Source: Haliotis rufescens (taxonomy: Eukaryota). Taken from it: 64,000 bases of DNA. The number at the start of each line of letters is the position of its first letter. Position 1 is the stretch's first letter. A program made the translations under genes and the position numbers. Location: contig NW_025963813.1 in NCBI RefSeq assembly GCF_023055435.1, forward strand, positions 35,216,001 to 35,280,000. Reading direction: 5' to 3'. Shown here in pieces: positions 26,658-40,255 of this stretch. The notes under the pieces were generated by a model. It saw only the letters and a list, made by a program, of their open reading frames with translations. It was not told where the DNA came from and did not search any database.

Positions 26658-29600
26658 ATGGAGGTCCGACAGCTCCTTGCTCTGTTCTTATTGTTCTTCT
26701 CATTGACATCAGCGCAGCGTCCGAACATCGTGTTCATTGTGGCTGATGACCTTGGTGAGTGTAGATAGTTAAGGCAATCAGAAAGTGATTAAAGTGAAAT
26801 ACCTACTGAAACAGTATGCCACTCTAAATGCATCTCATTTCAAAGTAGAGATATTTATTCTGTACAACCCGGTATTCATAGGAGACTGTGTCTTTGTACA
26901 GGCTGGAATGATGTTGGTTTCCGGAATCCCGACATGAAGACCCCAAACTTCGATAAACTGGCCACAGAGGGAATCATCTTCGAAAATGCATATGTCCAGC
27001 CTCTGTGCAGCCCGTAAATCGTTCTAATTTTGTTTCATTCTTATTTTAATGAGACATTAGAAAAACATGTGTTGTAACTTCAGTTGAAGCTTATTCTCAC
27101 GCACATAAAGACATATATGCATAAAACAAATAAGTTATAAAAAGCAAATACAAATAGATTTAAATAAAGAATGAAGAGAATTTAGATAGAGCTGTATTGT
27201 AGAACAACCTATATAATTGCATTACAATCTTACACAAATATCAATGTTTCAGATCTCGTACCGCCTTTATGAGTGGGATGTTTCCATTCCACGTTGGCAT
27301 GCAGGTAATTTTGTCGATCAATTCATAAATATTAAGAAGTGCAAAAACGCTTTGAGCAATCTATTCACACTATGCATGATGATACAAGTAGGAAATCCCT
27401 AAAAAAATGCAGGTTTTATTTAAGGTTATTCTCCCGCTCCTTGTGGCTTAATCCCTTCACTCATTTTTCAACTGACCCTATTGTCACTTAGATGTTTCAC
27501 CCGTGAAGATCGGGGTTTGAATAGGTCTGCAGAAACCCACTCTGCACGTAAGAGGAGACTATGCTTGTCGTAAGAGACGACTTACGTGATCGGGTGGTCA
27601 GACTCGCTGACTTGGTTGATGCATGTCATCGTATCCCAACTGCGTTGATCGATTCTAACGTCAATATCACTGAATTGTCTGTTCCAGCCTCGATTATTTA
27701 AATTCCGCTGACACATAGCTGGAATATTGCTAAGAGCAGCGTTAAACAAAAAGCAAAACAAACAAACTTAAATGTTTCTTAAAGCTTTAAGGTTGCAACA
27801 AAAGCGTATTACAAAAGCGTGTTTATATCTACTTCTGATCTTCTTTAATCATTCACGTTCCTGATTTTACAGATTTTCATATCATGTCCCATGCGAGCAT
27901 ATAGAAATTGCTCATAAATTAAAGACACATTCATATTCAGCATAAGACTGTGCTCCATGGCCAAGCAGTGTGTGTGCCCCTCAACTATACCTTCCTGCCC
28001 CAGGAACTGAAGAAACTCGGCTATGCTACGCACATGATAGGAAAGTAGGTATAATGTCACATTGAAACTACAAATTTGTACAATCATGCAGACAGACAGA
28101 CAAATTTATTCGGTAATTCAGGCCACCGGCCCATAATACGATGGAAATATACTGAATATATAGAGGGAGGGTTAACGAGACGCTTGGGAAAAGAGTTTCT
28201 TCTTGCTCTAGAATACTGGTCACAAATCATAAGAACATAGAATTCATCTTCAACATTGTTATTTCCCTTCGAAAAACAGAAAGTGCAGACACGAAATTAT
28301 TACACCGGAACATGGCTATAAGTCTACGTTGGTAAGAAGACATATCACAAGTAATTTATGACTCCACATTTAGTAATGACTTGAACTGTGAGTAGTAATT
28401 GCATTTCGTTGATGATGTCAGGGAAAGGTGCCACTATTGAGTGAGGTAGTCGTAAAATCTTCGTTTAAAAACTGTCATGAAATATTGAATATTACCAATG
28501 TCTTGGCTTAGCCAAACAAAACCAAATCCAAACTGGAATAAAATCATTCTAATATGTGATGCCAGGGTAATATTACCATTATCATCAAGAGATTTTAGTA
28601 TAATATTATAATAAGCTTGGATGGGTAGCCTGCGTTGTTCCATCTGAATGAGTCTGCTCCAGTACTTGACTGCTCTTGACATGTAGTAGTTATAGTGTAG
28701 GGAGATCCCACAACATTCTCCTAGAACCATGTTGTTATTGGTGAACTCATTTACTTTCAAAACGGATTTTCAGAATCTGTTATGGACACTCTCAATAATG
28801 TTACAGTAGCTGGTTCCCTCTGATCTCTGACAACAAACATATTTTGTGACATACTTTGAAAAATATATAGACCCTATGGAGCAATACACGTTGGTTTCTG
28901 CTAATGTAAAACTTACAGTACATATATGATTATATACCAGTGGACAAACGGTCCTGTTCCTTACTGACTTGTATGGGAAATAATAAATAAACGCAAATAA
29001 AGAACGATGTTGCAACAGAACAATATTCCGTGAAACATGAGCTCATCATGACCGTGTCAGTATAATATATGCTGAACCAAAAACATCTAAACATATAAAA
29101 CAGCAAGGATACAGAATAACCAGTCTCGGTTATCAGCCGAGAGTGATCCATTTTGGAATAAAAAGCATAGACGTGCACGTGATATAAATGGATCACTGAA
29201 AATCAATGATGACACCAGGTGTTCGCAATAAAAGGTAGCATGTTTTGCCCTACCGGTAGGCCGCTCACACAATTTCCATAAAAGAGTTGGGTAGGTTGTC
29301 AGTTTCACAAGTCAGTATCGTCATAAGCAATGACAAAATACTAACAACGGCGCCCACTTGACGACAAAAAATGTTGAGGACGATTTATGAGCAGTCATTT
29401 CAGTTTTTGACTTTGACCTGTCACAGCTGAACCAACTTCGGTAGGTTTGGAGTTCGGTGTACATGACGTTTCATTTCATCCCACACGTCCTGATATAAAG
29501 TGATGTGACGGCCATGGGTCTGAAGGATGATCATTAGAGGGGTCCAGTGAGGCTTTCCCATCCAATTATGCTCCTGTCACCTAACGCACTACGTTGAAAA

Positions 29601-32600
29601 ACGCACGCGTAAACGTAACGCTCCATTCAGCGTCGATACACACGCTGAAGATTATCACTGTGGTCAAGCTATAACCTTGTCTGATTCGTAAAGAGGACCT
29701 CTATTCCTGTATCTTGAAACATGACCATGTCCGGCGTGCCGTAAAATGACGTTGCATCAAACATAAACGTAGGTTGACCTCATGGTCGGATGTTATCTCT
29801 CATCATCGCTTCCTTACAGTCCTTGTACTGAGGTAAGCCAGGGATGCTGTGGGCTGTTAATCTGAAACCGACTTTCTCAAGTGAACCAGATTGATAAGAT
29901 GACCTCGCCAAAGTGAGGTTACTCGTGGACGTCCAGAAGGTGGTCGGTCCCTGGTGTTCCAAGACTGAATGTTCGGCATTACGATGAACATCAAAACGTC
30001 TAGCAACAACATTTAGTGCAATTACGGTTTCACACATTCAAACTGCACGTAACTGCGCATTTTCAAATAGGCGTGGCTAGACCTTTACCGGGTTTGGCTA
30101 TCAAGATTTTTTTTTTTTTTTGTAGTAAAAGAATTTACGGCCTAACGTGAACTGTGAATGTGACGAATTTCTTACACGAGGGATTTGTACATGCACTGAC
30201 CCGGGATGCACGTGCATTTTCAGGGTCATCATGGGTAATATTGACGAAGTGTTCGTAAATGTGATAACCATACATGATTCTGAACAAAAACATCCATGCC
30301 AGTTATGTTTTAATGTGATTTTTATAGTGCACAGGAATTGTTTTCCGCTTGGATATGTGAGTTGCATTATGAATCTGTACATTTATCATTTGCATTATAA
30401 TTTCAGATGGCATCTGGGTTTCTGCAAGTGGGAGTGTACACCGACGTACCGAGGCTTCGATACTTTCTTTGGTTATTATAATGGAGCTGAAGACTACTTC
30501 AATCACACTGTTGGTACGTATTATTCTGGTTGATGGTTTTAGGGAAAGGGTCGTTTCGTGAATTTACGTTTTACTTATACATTGTTGGCAGCTGTATGAT
30601 GATCTTGGCTTTTTTTAATATTTCAGCAGAGAAGTACTTGGATTACAGGGACAATCAGCTTCCAGCAAGAAACTATTCTGGGGAATATTCTGCTGTAAGT
30701 ATACAAAAAACAATTTGTCATTAACATTAGTGTAGTTGACAATTTTCATATCAATCCTGATTATATTTTTTAAAATGCTTACATTTTGTAATATATCAAA
30801 GTCCTCGGCAAGTCGGGTTTTGTTTTAGTCATTGTATACAGTCCTATCATCCTTTCAGTTCACATTCGCACAGAGAGCCGTTGACATCATCCATCGACAT
30901 AATGTATCACAGCCTCTATTTATGTATCTCCCTTATCAGAATGTACATGGGCCTATTGAGGTAAGGAAATTCACAGTATTGAAAACGAGAGTCAGTTTAG
31001 TTCCTCCAGCCTTTCTTATCGGTTGAATCTGTAGTACATATGTCACGTATTAACATTAACCTCAATTTAATTATTTTCGAAAGACGTTTCTATTAAGAGA
31101 GTTATATATATATATAGTCCAGAATGGATCAATTCATAACCAGCGGCACGATGACCCAGTCCCAATCTTATTTTTTTTTGGGGGGGGGGTTGTCAGCACC
31201 CTACCTATAAGGCCTGCATCACTTTGGGCTTTCCTCAAGCATTAAGCTGACACACTGTGAAAGAACTGGAATACTGTTGTAAGTGGCATATTGTGATTTA
31301 TGGTAATATGGTGATAGTGGTGTCACTGAGGGTGATGCTCTATTTGTTCACAATGCAATGAATGTGTTCAGTTTGTCAATGTATGTACCTCAACAATGGA
31401 CATCACAGGTGCCCAAGAAGTACGAGGACATGTATCCGAACGTGATTAACAAAGGGCGAAGAAAGTTTAGTGGTATGTACATTAATATATATATCTACAT
31501 CCTCACATTGTGTGCCTCAGAAAGAAAATAATCAAAGCTTAAAGTAATATTGACTTATTGTTGAGTTGAGTCTTATAAGCGAGTTTTGCCCCAATCTGTA
31601 AGTTGGTTTCACCCGAATCGAAAACATCTGCACTATATATCAATGTTTGACCCAGAATAACCTCACCCACCCTGCCATATCTGAAATACTTTTCAAAGCA
31701 CTGACCCACTACTTTCATTACTTACAGGCATGGTGTCTGCCCTAGATGAGGCAGTTGGAAATGTTACCCAGGCCCTGAAGGATCGGGGCTTGTTTGAAAA
31801 TACTCTGATTCTATTCACCACAGACGTAAGTAGTTGCAGTTGCAATATCAACATCGGAGAGAATCTTCAATCATTATTTTACAGAATGATTCACGTTTCT
31901 TGAACTTGGTGACAATCTTTATGATTGATTGATTTATTGATTGATTGTTGTTTAACGCCGCACTCAGCAAGATCCCAGCTGTATGACGGCAGTCTGTAAA
32001 TAATCGAGTGATTGACATCATGAGCATCGGTCCACGCAATTTGGATACGGAGACATGCATCAACCACCTGATCATGTTAGCCGCCTCTTACGACAAGCAT
32101 AGTTTGCATTCTTTGGAAAGCATGAGTAATCAGAATATGTTTCTCACTATTCTTAACAATAATTATACCTTGCCTAACACCTATACCAGTATAACTTTAT
32201 GACGTTTCACATTAGATGGCAGCAAATAAGATATTTTATTTCTTGTTAATTATTATCAAACCATGCATGGAAGAAACTGCATATTGCAAGACTAAAAAAA
32301 ATGAAACACACACAGCCACCAAGCAGTTCCATGTTATACAATAGGAACATTACACCTTTACCACTCTAACTTTGTTAGTGAAAAATACAATGAACTGTTC
32401 AATTGTTTCAGTTAGTGAAGGGTGAAATACATTTTATTTTGTCAGCTGGATACTCATGTCTCTTTAACCTGCTAACCATATCGTTCTCCCTTGTTATAAA
32501 CCATTGATTATACAGAATGGAGGTCATATGAAAATGTTCGGCAGCAACTGGCCTCTGAGAGGAGGAAAGTACACGATCTGGGAAGGGGGCACCAGGGGGA

Positions 32601-34543
32601 CATCCTTTATGTATGGTGCTGGGCTCCAAAAGACAAGGACGACCTACGATGGGTAGTAAGACAAGTGAATACAATCAGACCCAATTAAATGATCCTCTTT
32701 CGGAAAAGTGTTTCAGTGATAATGCAAATAAAATAAATGATCCTAGTTCGAATTTCGACAGGCATATAGTGAAATAGTAAAGGATTATTGACCTTTCCCG
32801 ATCGAAACCTGAATTGAAGAAAACATAGCATGTGAAACGTTTCTGTGTTCATGTTTCCATAACCATGTCCACATTGTTACATAACTATGTCTAATATCAC
32901 TGTAATAATATCATGACTGTATGAGTGTATTCAAAATGTACCTTCGATGACATTCTTGTTACACCACTCATTGAATATATATACTGCATGAACTAAAACT
33001 AGTTGAAATGTTTAGTCAATGTTTGATGGGTTTAAGTATGTGTTTTTTTGTAAATGTGAATCGCTTCTACCTCTAAACAGGATGATCCACGCCGTCGACT
33101 GGAAACCGACTTTAGTGTCTGCTGCTGGGGGAACACCAGGTAGGGAGATTCTCATTCATATTTCCAAAATATTTTGTCACAATTTCAATCTAGACAGATT
33201 ATTTGGTAACTTCAAAGAATCAATGAGACAATTTAAAATGTTATTTCGATAAACTATTGCTAAAAATCATCGCCAAGGTTCTTCGAAGTGTTTGTCCACC
33301 TTAAATTGCATTTGGGTTGTAGCAACTACCATTGATGGAATAAGTCACTGGGATTCCATTCGAAACGGGCTTCCTTCATCAAGGACAGAGTTCATTTACA
33401 ACATTGATGACTTTCCAGTTCCGACTGAAGGCCATGCTGGAATAAGGTGTGTTAAGCATGTTTTGTCAACAAATAAGAGTACATACAACAGGCTGTCAGA
33501 ATTACCAGTATCATTTGTTATTGGGATTTGCATATCTACTATACCTAATCAAGGACCTATTTAATAAGCAATACCTAGTATCACATGCCACTATATGAAG
33601 TCGTTATCATTAAAGCAATCAAGTACAGATTTTATGTAACTGTATCTGCATTCTTGTGTAGAGTAGGTGACTACAAGCTGATCCTCGGGTTCCCAGGAGG
33701 TCCTGATGGCTGGCACAAACCCATGAACGGAACCAAGGATGACAAATATGAAGAGACAGTTTACACCGCTGGTGATGAACCAGTCCATCTCTTCAACATT
33801 CGAGGTACGCAATTATTCAACATAAAAGTGAATGGTCATCCCGAGATGTCCTACATGCTGATCACACAGTACCTACCAGCACCTGTATGTGCTACTGCTA
33901 TGACCACCTTACTGCGTGTTCGGATTCGACTCGTGGTTATTGATCTGTAATCGTATACATTCAAACCGATGGGTTTCTAAGACCTGGTTTGCTTCAGGTT
34001 TTCATCATCACATTCCACTTGAACTTGACCACCGTTACATGATTGCAGCGCCAGCATCAAATACATGCTGCATATGTTAATGGTGGATCCCGGAGCGGTT
34101 GGGTAGCCTGGTAGTTAAAGCGTTCGCTCGTCACGCCGAAGACCCGGTTCGATTCCCGACATGGGTACAATGTATGAAGCCTATTTCTGGTGTCCACTGC
34201 CGTGATATTGCTAAAATATTGCTAAAAGCGGCATGAAACCATACACACTCACTAATGGTGGATCCAGACCCGAGAATACAAGCTGTTTATAAAATCAATG
34301 CAACACCACGATGAATGCATATTGCTTATAAAGCTCTCTCATGTTAACAAATATTCTGATACATATCCAGAGGATCCTACCGAGCACAACGACCTTGCAC
34401 AGCAGATGCCGGACATGGTGGCGAAGTTGCGTGCCCGGTTCGAGGAATACAAGAAGACGATGGTGCCAGCTAATTTCCCTAAACCGGATCCTGCATCTGA
34501 TCCCAGAAAATATGGATACGCTTGGACCCCCGGGTGGTGCTGA
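26658..34543 (+). CDS. Arylsulfatase B-like sulfatase, paralog C (14 exons, 478 aa, intact; inverted sister of A)
   Basis: Exons 26658-26754, 26902-27013, 27253-27304, 27941-28044, 30407-30513, 30630-30694, 30859-30960, 31409-31472, 31728-31825, 32516-32652, 33081-33139, 33323-33446, 33662-33804, 34371-34543. All catalytic motifs present; AATAAA at 34621. Confidence 0.93.
27499..27767 (+). mobile_element. SINE-like family R1 in gene C intron 3
   Basis: Full-length match to 4209-4499. Confidence 0.8.
28089..28900 (-). mobile_element. 3' fragment of a LINE (RTE-X/CR1-like) in gene C intron 4
   Basis: VLGECC...VKYWSRL...[10 protein letters not shown]...FKRRFYD, NVEDEF, then AATAAA and a (TGTC)n tail; absent from gene A. 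Confidence 0.75.
29335..30095 (-). mobile_element. Degraded Tc1/mariner remnant in gene C intron 4
   Basis: Reverse-complement homolog of 9105-9990 at the same intronic position. Confidence 0.7.
34091..34252 (+). mobile_element. tRNA(Asp)-like SINE family T1 in gene C intron 13
   Basis: GGTAGCCTGGTAGTTAAAGCGTTCGCTCGTCACGCCGAAGACCCGGTTCGATTCCC head; TSD TAATGGTGGATCC at 34078-34090 and 34253-34265; single empty site in gene A (~3921-3930). Confidence 0.85.
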
Positions 34544-35957
34544 TCAGATTTGCTCGTGTCAGTATATTAGTATGATGTGCATATTAGTATAATAGTGTAA
34601 TGTGTATTTCGTACGTGCACAATAAACGAAAATTTGTCACGAATCAATATCAGTGTTACTTTAAGGCGAATTTTTTATCAAAGCATCGTCAGCGTTAGCG
34701 TGTAATTATTCATTGACTGATAAATAACCTCCAGTTATATTCCAGCTATATCATGACGACCAAGAGGTGAAACCAACGTTCTCCTAGACCACACCAAACT
34801 CATATAATCATCTAAAACACAACACAAATATATACTGTAACGGCTGTGTGGTACACGGCAGTTTATTTACGAAGCTCACGCAACACACAGTGACATCACT
34901 TCACTCCATATACCATTATTACATATCATATATCATATATAATATCGAAACATACGGATTGTAATGGTGGATGAAGCCCGACATGTCAAACCAGAGATAA
35001 AATCTTTTGTGAATACAAAAAGCTCTGGAACCGTGTTCTCCCTACGAATGCAACAGCACCAGTAACTGGTGAGTTTACAGAATTTGAATTTTGACCTTTT
35101 ACATACGTCATACATACTTTTACAAATACAGATTATACACAAAACCTTTATTTTACTCATCTTACATGGGTCACACACACCCAATACAGCAGTATTATAG
35201 TGGTTCTGCCAACCGAATTAGTCTTATGGATCCGCAGCCTACCGTGCATTATGTAGCCAATGAAATGCAAACATACATTCAAAGTAGTGTTCTAAAGGCT
35301 CTGCAGCCACAATGCACACGTGAAAGTTAACACAATTATACCAGTGGGTATTATAACATCTCTCCAGCTTCATCAACAAACATGACATGTCAACAGCGAC
35401 ACTTAACCGTAACAGAATGTAACCTCACCGTCACACGTCCACATCTCAAACGAAATCCCTGAAACACATGAAAAAGGTGTCAGAAACAGAATAATGTAAA
35501 AAGAAAGAAAACAAAACATGTGTACATGCTCATGAAGCAAACATCAATAAATTTATATGTTGAGAGAGGCGACAACATAAAACCCTACCCTTTTAAACCC
35601 CCAAATATCAGCGCCATATAGTGGCATAATTACCACCCTTGGTTATAGAACGTACCACTAGGAGAAAGTAGTTTCCCCCTGATTCAAAACGTCAAACGAG
35701 GGAAACATCATTTCAAAAATAATTATCATTGGTATACATTCTGTTCATGTGAACATAAGGACAATATTATGCATCTAATATGTTTTCACCACACAAGTTT
35801 GCATATATCCATGTATAACGATGACGCGGGATTGTACACGGGTTCACGTGTTTTTTCGGTGAACAATTGACTTGCCTTCGCATAAGTGTCCTTTGGTCAC
35901 GCCAGAAACCTATGATAGTGGGTTCGAACCCCGGAGCGCCCCGATTATGATATAAAT

Positions 35958-36182
35958 CACATTCTGCAACATTCCAGCTATATGACGTCGGTCTGTAAAT
36001 AATCGAGTCAGTTCCATACAATCCAGTGATTAACATCTTGAGCATTGATCTACACAACTGGGATACCATGACATGCATCAACCACGTCAGCGAGCCTGAC
36101 CACCCGATCCCGTTGGTCGCCTCTTACGGCAAGCAATCACCTTTAATGGCAAGCATGGGTTGTTGAAGGCCTATTCTAACCC
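35958..36182 (-). mobile_element. SINE-like family R1
   Basis: Reverse-complement match to 4209-4499. Confidence 0.75.
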
Positions 36183-37301
36183 TGTTCTTATCTCAACTTC
36201 CATTAAACCAGACAAAGTAACCAGTAATTTCGAATCTTTTCTGATTGGATCCTTTTTCAAACTAGACCCAAAGTTCATTACATGGGATCAGAATCAAACC
36301 ACATATAACTGTTCTTAACATTAACTAAATAAATGCGACAAACACCCTTCCCATAATACGACATAAACCTTTTCCGACTCAACATGTCAGCACATCGAAC
36401 TTGGTGGTAGTTGGTGATCCAACCCAGGATCATCTGAAAATCAATGATCAAGTGAAACCATTTTCACTGATGAGTTCAAGGTTATCGTTTCATGTGTCAC
36501 TTCGTTGGATCTACAACACTGTCATTCAGAAGTGATGGGATGTGCAATTTGGGACTATACGTTGAACATCCTGGCTGAATTATAATAATTCCGATAATCG
36601 CAATAAACTTAAAATAACCATTTTCGACCTGAATAATCAGTATGTATCACAGTGTACACGTGGATGTTTGCTAAAAACGCACGTGAATGTACATCCAAAA
36701 TATATTCAACGTTATGAAATGTTAACCACATACAATGCTTGACAATGCCACCACCAAAGGCGTGTTTAAAAAACCCAGCAAATCTGAAAGATACTGCCCA
36801 GCATATCTCTTTGAACAATGAATGCATGTCGGAGTGTAACTAATTGATTGAACATAATAAATTGTGTGAGTGTGAGTTAATTCGAAACCTATTCATGTTG
36901 ATGTATGGGTGGGCAGCTACATTAAATCTTACTCATCATCTACCTACTTAGTACTGATGACGTTGGTAATTCATGAATGTTGTTAAACGTTTGCTGCTCC
37001 TGCCTGCATTAATTTTATTTCAGATGCTCAAGTCTGGTGAATGAACATTTTGTTTAAATCAGTGTTCGTTGATGTATTTTACAGGTGCCTATTTAGACTA
37101 CCGAGATAACAAACTTCCTGCTTGGGATTACAAGGTAGAGTATTCAGTAGTGAGTAATGTGCACAAAAATCGCCTCTAGTAGTTATATATATCGATATTG
37201 GACGATGGTGTTAATAAGTATCACCATGTTCCAGATTCAAGTTAGGTACTGATACCAGCTGCGTATCTTGATTAATGTGAACTTTTGCAATGTACAACAT
37301 G

Positions 37302-37410
37302 TTGTTCTTCTACCACTGTAGATAGTCACGAGGGAAACCAAGGTCAGAAGGATAATTTTGTTCCTCTACCACTGTAGATAGTCACGAGGGAAACCAAGGT
37401 CAGAAGGATC
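37302..37410. repeat. Two-copy ~57-bp tandem duplication
   Basis: TTGTTC(T/C)TCTACCACTGTAGATAGTCACGAGGGAAACCAAGGTCAGAAGGAT twice. Confidence 0.85.
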
Positions 37411-37736
37411 CCAAGATCAACACTTATTCTTGTCGTAAGAGGTGACTAAATGGATCCGGTGGTCTGACTTGGGTGACTGTGTGTCATGGTATGATGATGG
37501 AATGGGACCCAGATTGTATAAACCACTAATTGCTCTGGCCCAGATCCCATAAAACCGCCGTAACCGGCCAGTTCTTCCTCGGGGAAGGTTCAGACAAGGC
37601 CACGCCTGCCCCTCTCTTCGCTCCAACCTAAGCCAGTTCTCTCTCATCTCAGGCCAGTTCTTATTCACTGTGGTCGTACCTCCCCACGTATTCAAACATG
37701 TAGGAAAGTAACTTATTTATATAATTATGCCCAGTC

Positions 37737-37737
<1 letters not shown>

Positions 37738-37770
<33 letters not shown>
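37738..37770. repeat. Poly-C tract
   Basis: About 33 consecutive C. Confidence 0.9.
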
Positions 37771-39994
37771 ACCAATGGATTTCTTCAGGAACTCCATATT
37801 TGACATGTTTCACATATTTATGAAACTTTATATTCGTCTTCAAATAGTTTAGATATTTTACCACAATATAGAAAAGTTTCTATATTTATAACTGTGAAAT
37901 ATAAGGATGTTTATGTAAATTAATGATTATTGACAAATGTTAATCTTCTATGATGCCCACGATATTGATGAAGCTTTTTGTGTATTCATTTCTCTGTATC
38001 ATTCACAAACGGTTTTATTGACATTAAAATGGAAAAAAAGTTCGCAACTCAAGAAGAGGTGGATCTTTCTAAAATGCTTAATTGCCGCTAATGTATCCCT
38101 CTGTTAAGGTATTAAATAATGAGATTATCAACAAAACAAATGCAAAACAATAACACCTGTTTGTATGTTGTGTTTCCTCCTTGTGTCTAAATGAATTTCA
38201 GGTAGTTATTTGTGAATTTAGATATATCTGATGATTAGATGTATCTGAGGTCTTAAATACGATGGTTATACTGAGAACTGCTCATTCTATACTGTTTTCA
38301 TTCACTAAAATAGTCAGGCTTTTATAATATCACAATGTATGTATCAAACTTAAATAATTTGTCAAATACTCATTCTGTTGCTCTGTTTCAGTATACATTC
38401 GCACAGAAAGCTGTTGACATCATCCACCAGCACAACGTCTCCCGGCCTCTGTTTATGTACCTGCCCTATCAGAATGTCCATGCTCCTATTGAGGTAATTA
38501 GGAAGTCTTTTAGGTAGCTTCGTTACAAGACAAAAACGAGCATCTTCCGTCGCATCAGTTTTGTCTGTCTGTTTGAAAAAAAATATTTCTGGAACAGCTC
38601 CTTCTTTTCCATGGAGATGAGCAGCATCCTATGCCATGCGACTTCTGAGAGAATGCAAACAGGGAGATTTGGGAATTAAGATGAATACAATTGCACCCCC
38701 CAGTATGTGTATCTTAATTCCCAAGAATGTATGTTTTGAAAGTCTAGACAGTACAATATGTTTAGCCAAATTAATGCTTTTAGCTTTCTTTGAAAATGTC
38801 ACTGGATGAGTCGACTTCAAATAGTTGAAATATTTATCTGTCGGAGGAAATAATTGCAAAATCACCAGACATTTGATACTCATGCATTTTCATGTTCTTA
38901 TTTGCCAATTTGTTATATTCAGGTTCCCGAAAAGTACTTCAACGTGTATTCTAATGTGATAGACCAAGGTCGCAGAACATACTCAGGAAATCTTTTGTTC
39001 AAACTGTAATTACACATACATTCCTCTTCGTGTTCCCTATTCCTACCCCGTGGTGTAGGGGATAGACAGATTCGATCGCCTGTCCGTGTCATACCAAATG
39101 ATACGGTACTTAATTAATATATGGTACTTGCTTGTTGTTTCCTGCCTCTTGATGGGCATTAAGCGGATAAAGCAAGGACGTGTTGCCTTGGAATCAGTAT
39201 AATGTGCCTAAGTTGTGGTATCCCTGCTAAACTGTGAATATATGTTATGAAAACAAAATGCTTACATGATTACAGAATTGTATGTTGATATGATCTATTT
39301 TTAGGAATGGTGTCTGCCCTCGACGAAGCAGTTGGAATCGTTACACGGGCACTTGAGGAGAAGGGGTTGTTTGAAAACACACTGATTCTATTCATAGTGA
39401 GGAAGGTCGTATTCTTGATCAAACGAAATAGTGTGAATGGAAAGTGTCGTTAATGAGTGCACAGAGGATATTTAATATCACTCAAGAATGGCGGTCCTAT
39501 TAACGTTTATGCTAGCAACTGGCCTCTGAGAGGAGGGAAGCACATAATCTGGGAGGGGGTACGAGGGGGGACATCCTTCATGTATGGCACTGGACTAAAA
39601 AAGACAAGACAACTTATAATGGGTTCGTAGACGCCACCCATCTAATGTTGGGCATCTATGAGAAGAATGGCATTTAAAGGGAGATAAAGGGTCGATTAAT
39701 AATCATCTGAGCTAACGATGTTGGGTAAAGAGATCAGACAGTACAGGACATCTCAAACACATACGCAATCCCAGAACCATGTTATTACAGAATGATGCAT
39801 GCTGTCATAGTGCGATTTTACTTTGTTGAGTAACGTTGCAGCCAGAAATATTCCGGTGTACCAGGCTGAACTTTCCGCTTGCCAGTTCTTCCCCGCGGAC
39901 GAAATAGCCGAGGCTTAGGAATATCCCAGTGTTCTTCAGTGAATTTGAGATAAACTGATTAAAAGAGGGGTATGATTGAGCCTGCGTTCAGATA

Positions 39995-40255
39995 TGGGTT
40001 AATTTCCAAATTTGACCGCAGAAGTTTTAATATCACACCTCCTGTTTTTTTCCAAATACATTGACATGATGACATTAAGGTGATGGGTAGGAACTGAAGT
40101 GCGCCAATACCTAAACACCAAATTCATTGGAATTTGATATAAATCCATGTAAATTTCATAACTAGCTCAACTAGTATATGTACATGTAATTACCCCCGCT
40201 GAAGTTTTAATTTCAGTCTAAATTTCGTATATTTGCTATCACATGCTGTCATTCT
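39995..40255 (-). other. Orphan relic of the B-type arylsulfatase upstream region
   Basis: Co-linear with 440-705 and 23550-23740 (AATATCACA..CCTGTTTTTCCAAAT.CATTGAC...CCAAATTCATT); no exon 1 adjacent. Confidence 0.75.

Larger units (their letters stand above)
36253..39805 (+). pseudogene. Decayed fragment of a B-type arylsulfatase (paralog D, exons 6 to start of 11)
   Basis: Homology to gene B begins inside intron 5 (~36253). Exon-like blocks 37085-37149, 38392-38493, 38923-38986 (donor GT>GA), 39305-~39395 (donor lost), 39487-~39622 (indels, net frameshift), 39791-~39805 (truncated after MMHAV). No exons 1-5 or 12-14. Confidence 0.85.

Noticed and set aside
34091-34165. tRNA-Asp-like and other tRNA-like sequences (also 45060-45130, 47385-47490, 50405-50470)
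   Set aside because: They are SINE heads followed by SINE body, tail and TSDs; the cloverleaf is incomplete.
34836-35435. Possible solo LTR (TGTAACGG...CCGTCACA, AATAAA on minus strand)
   Set aside because: No matching target-site duplication at either candidate end.
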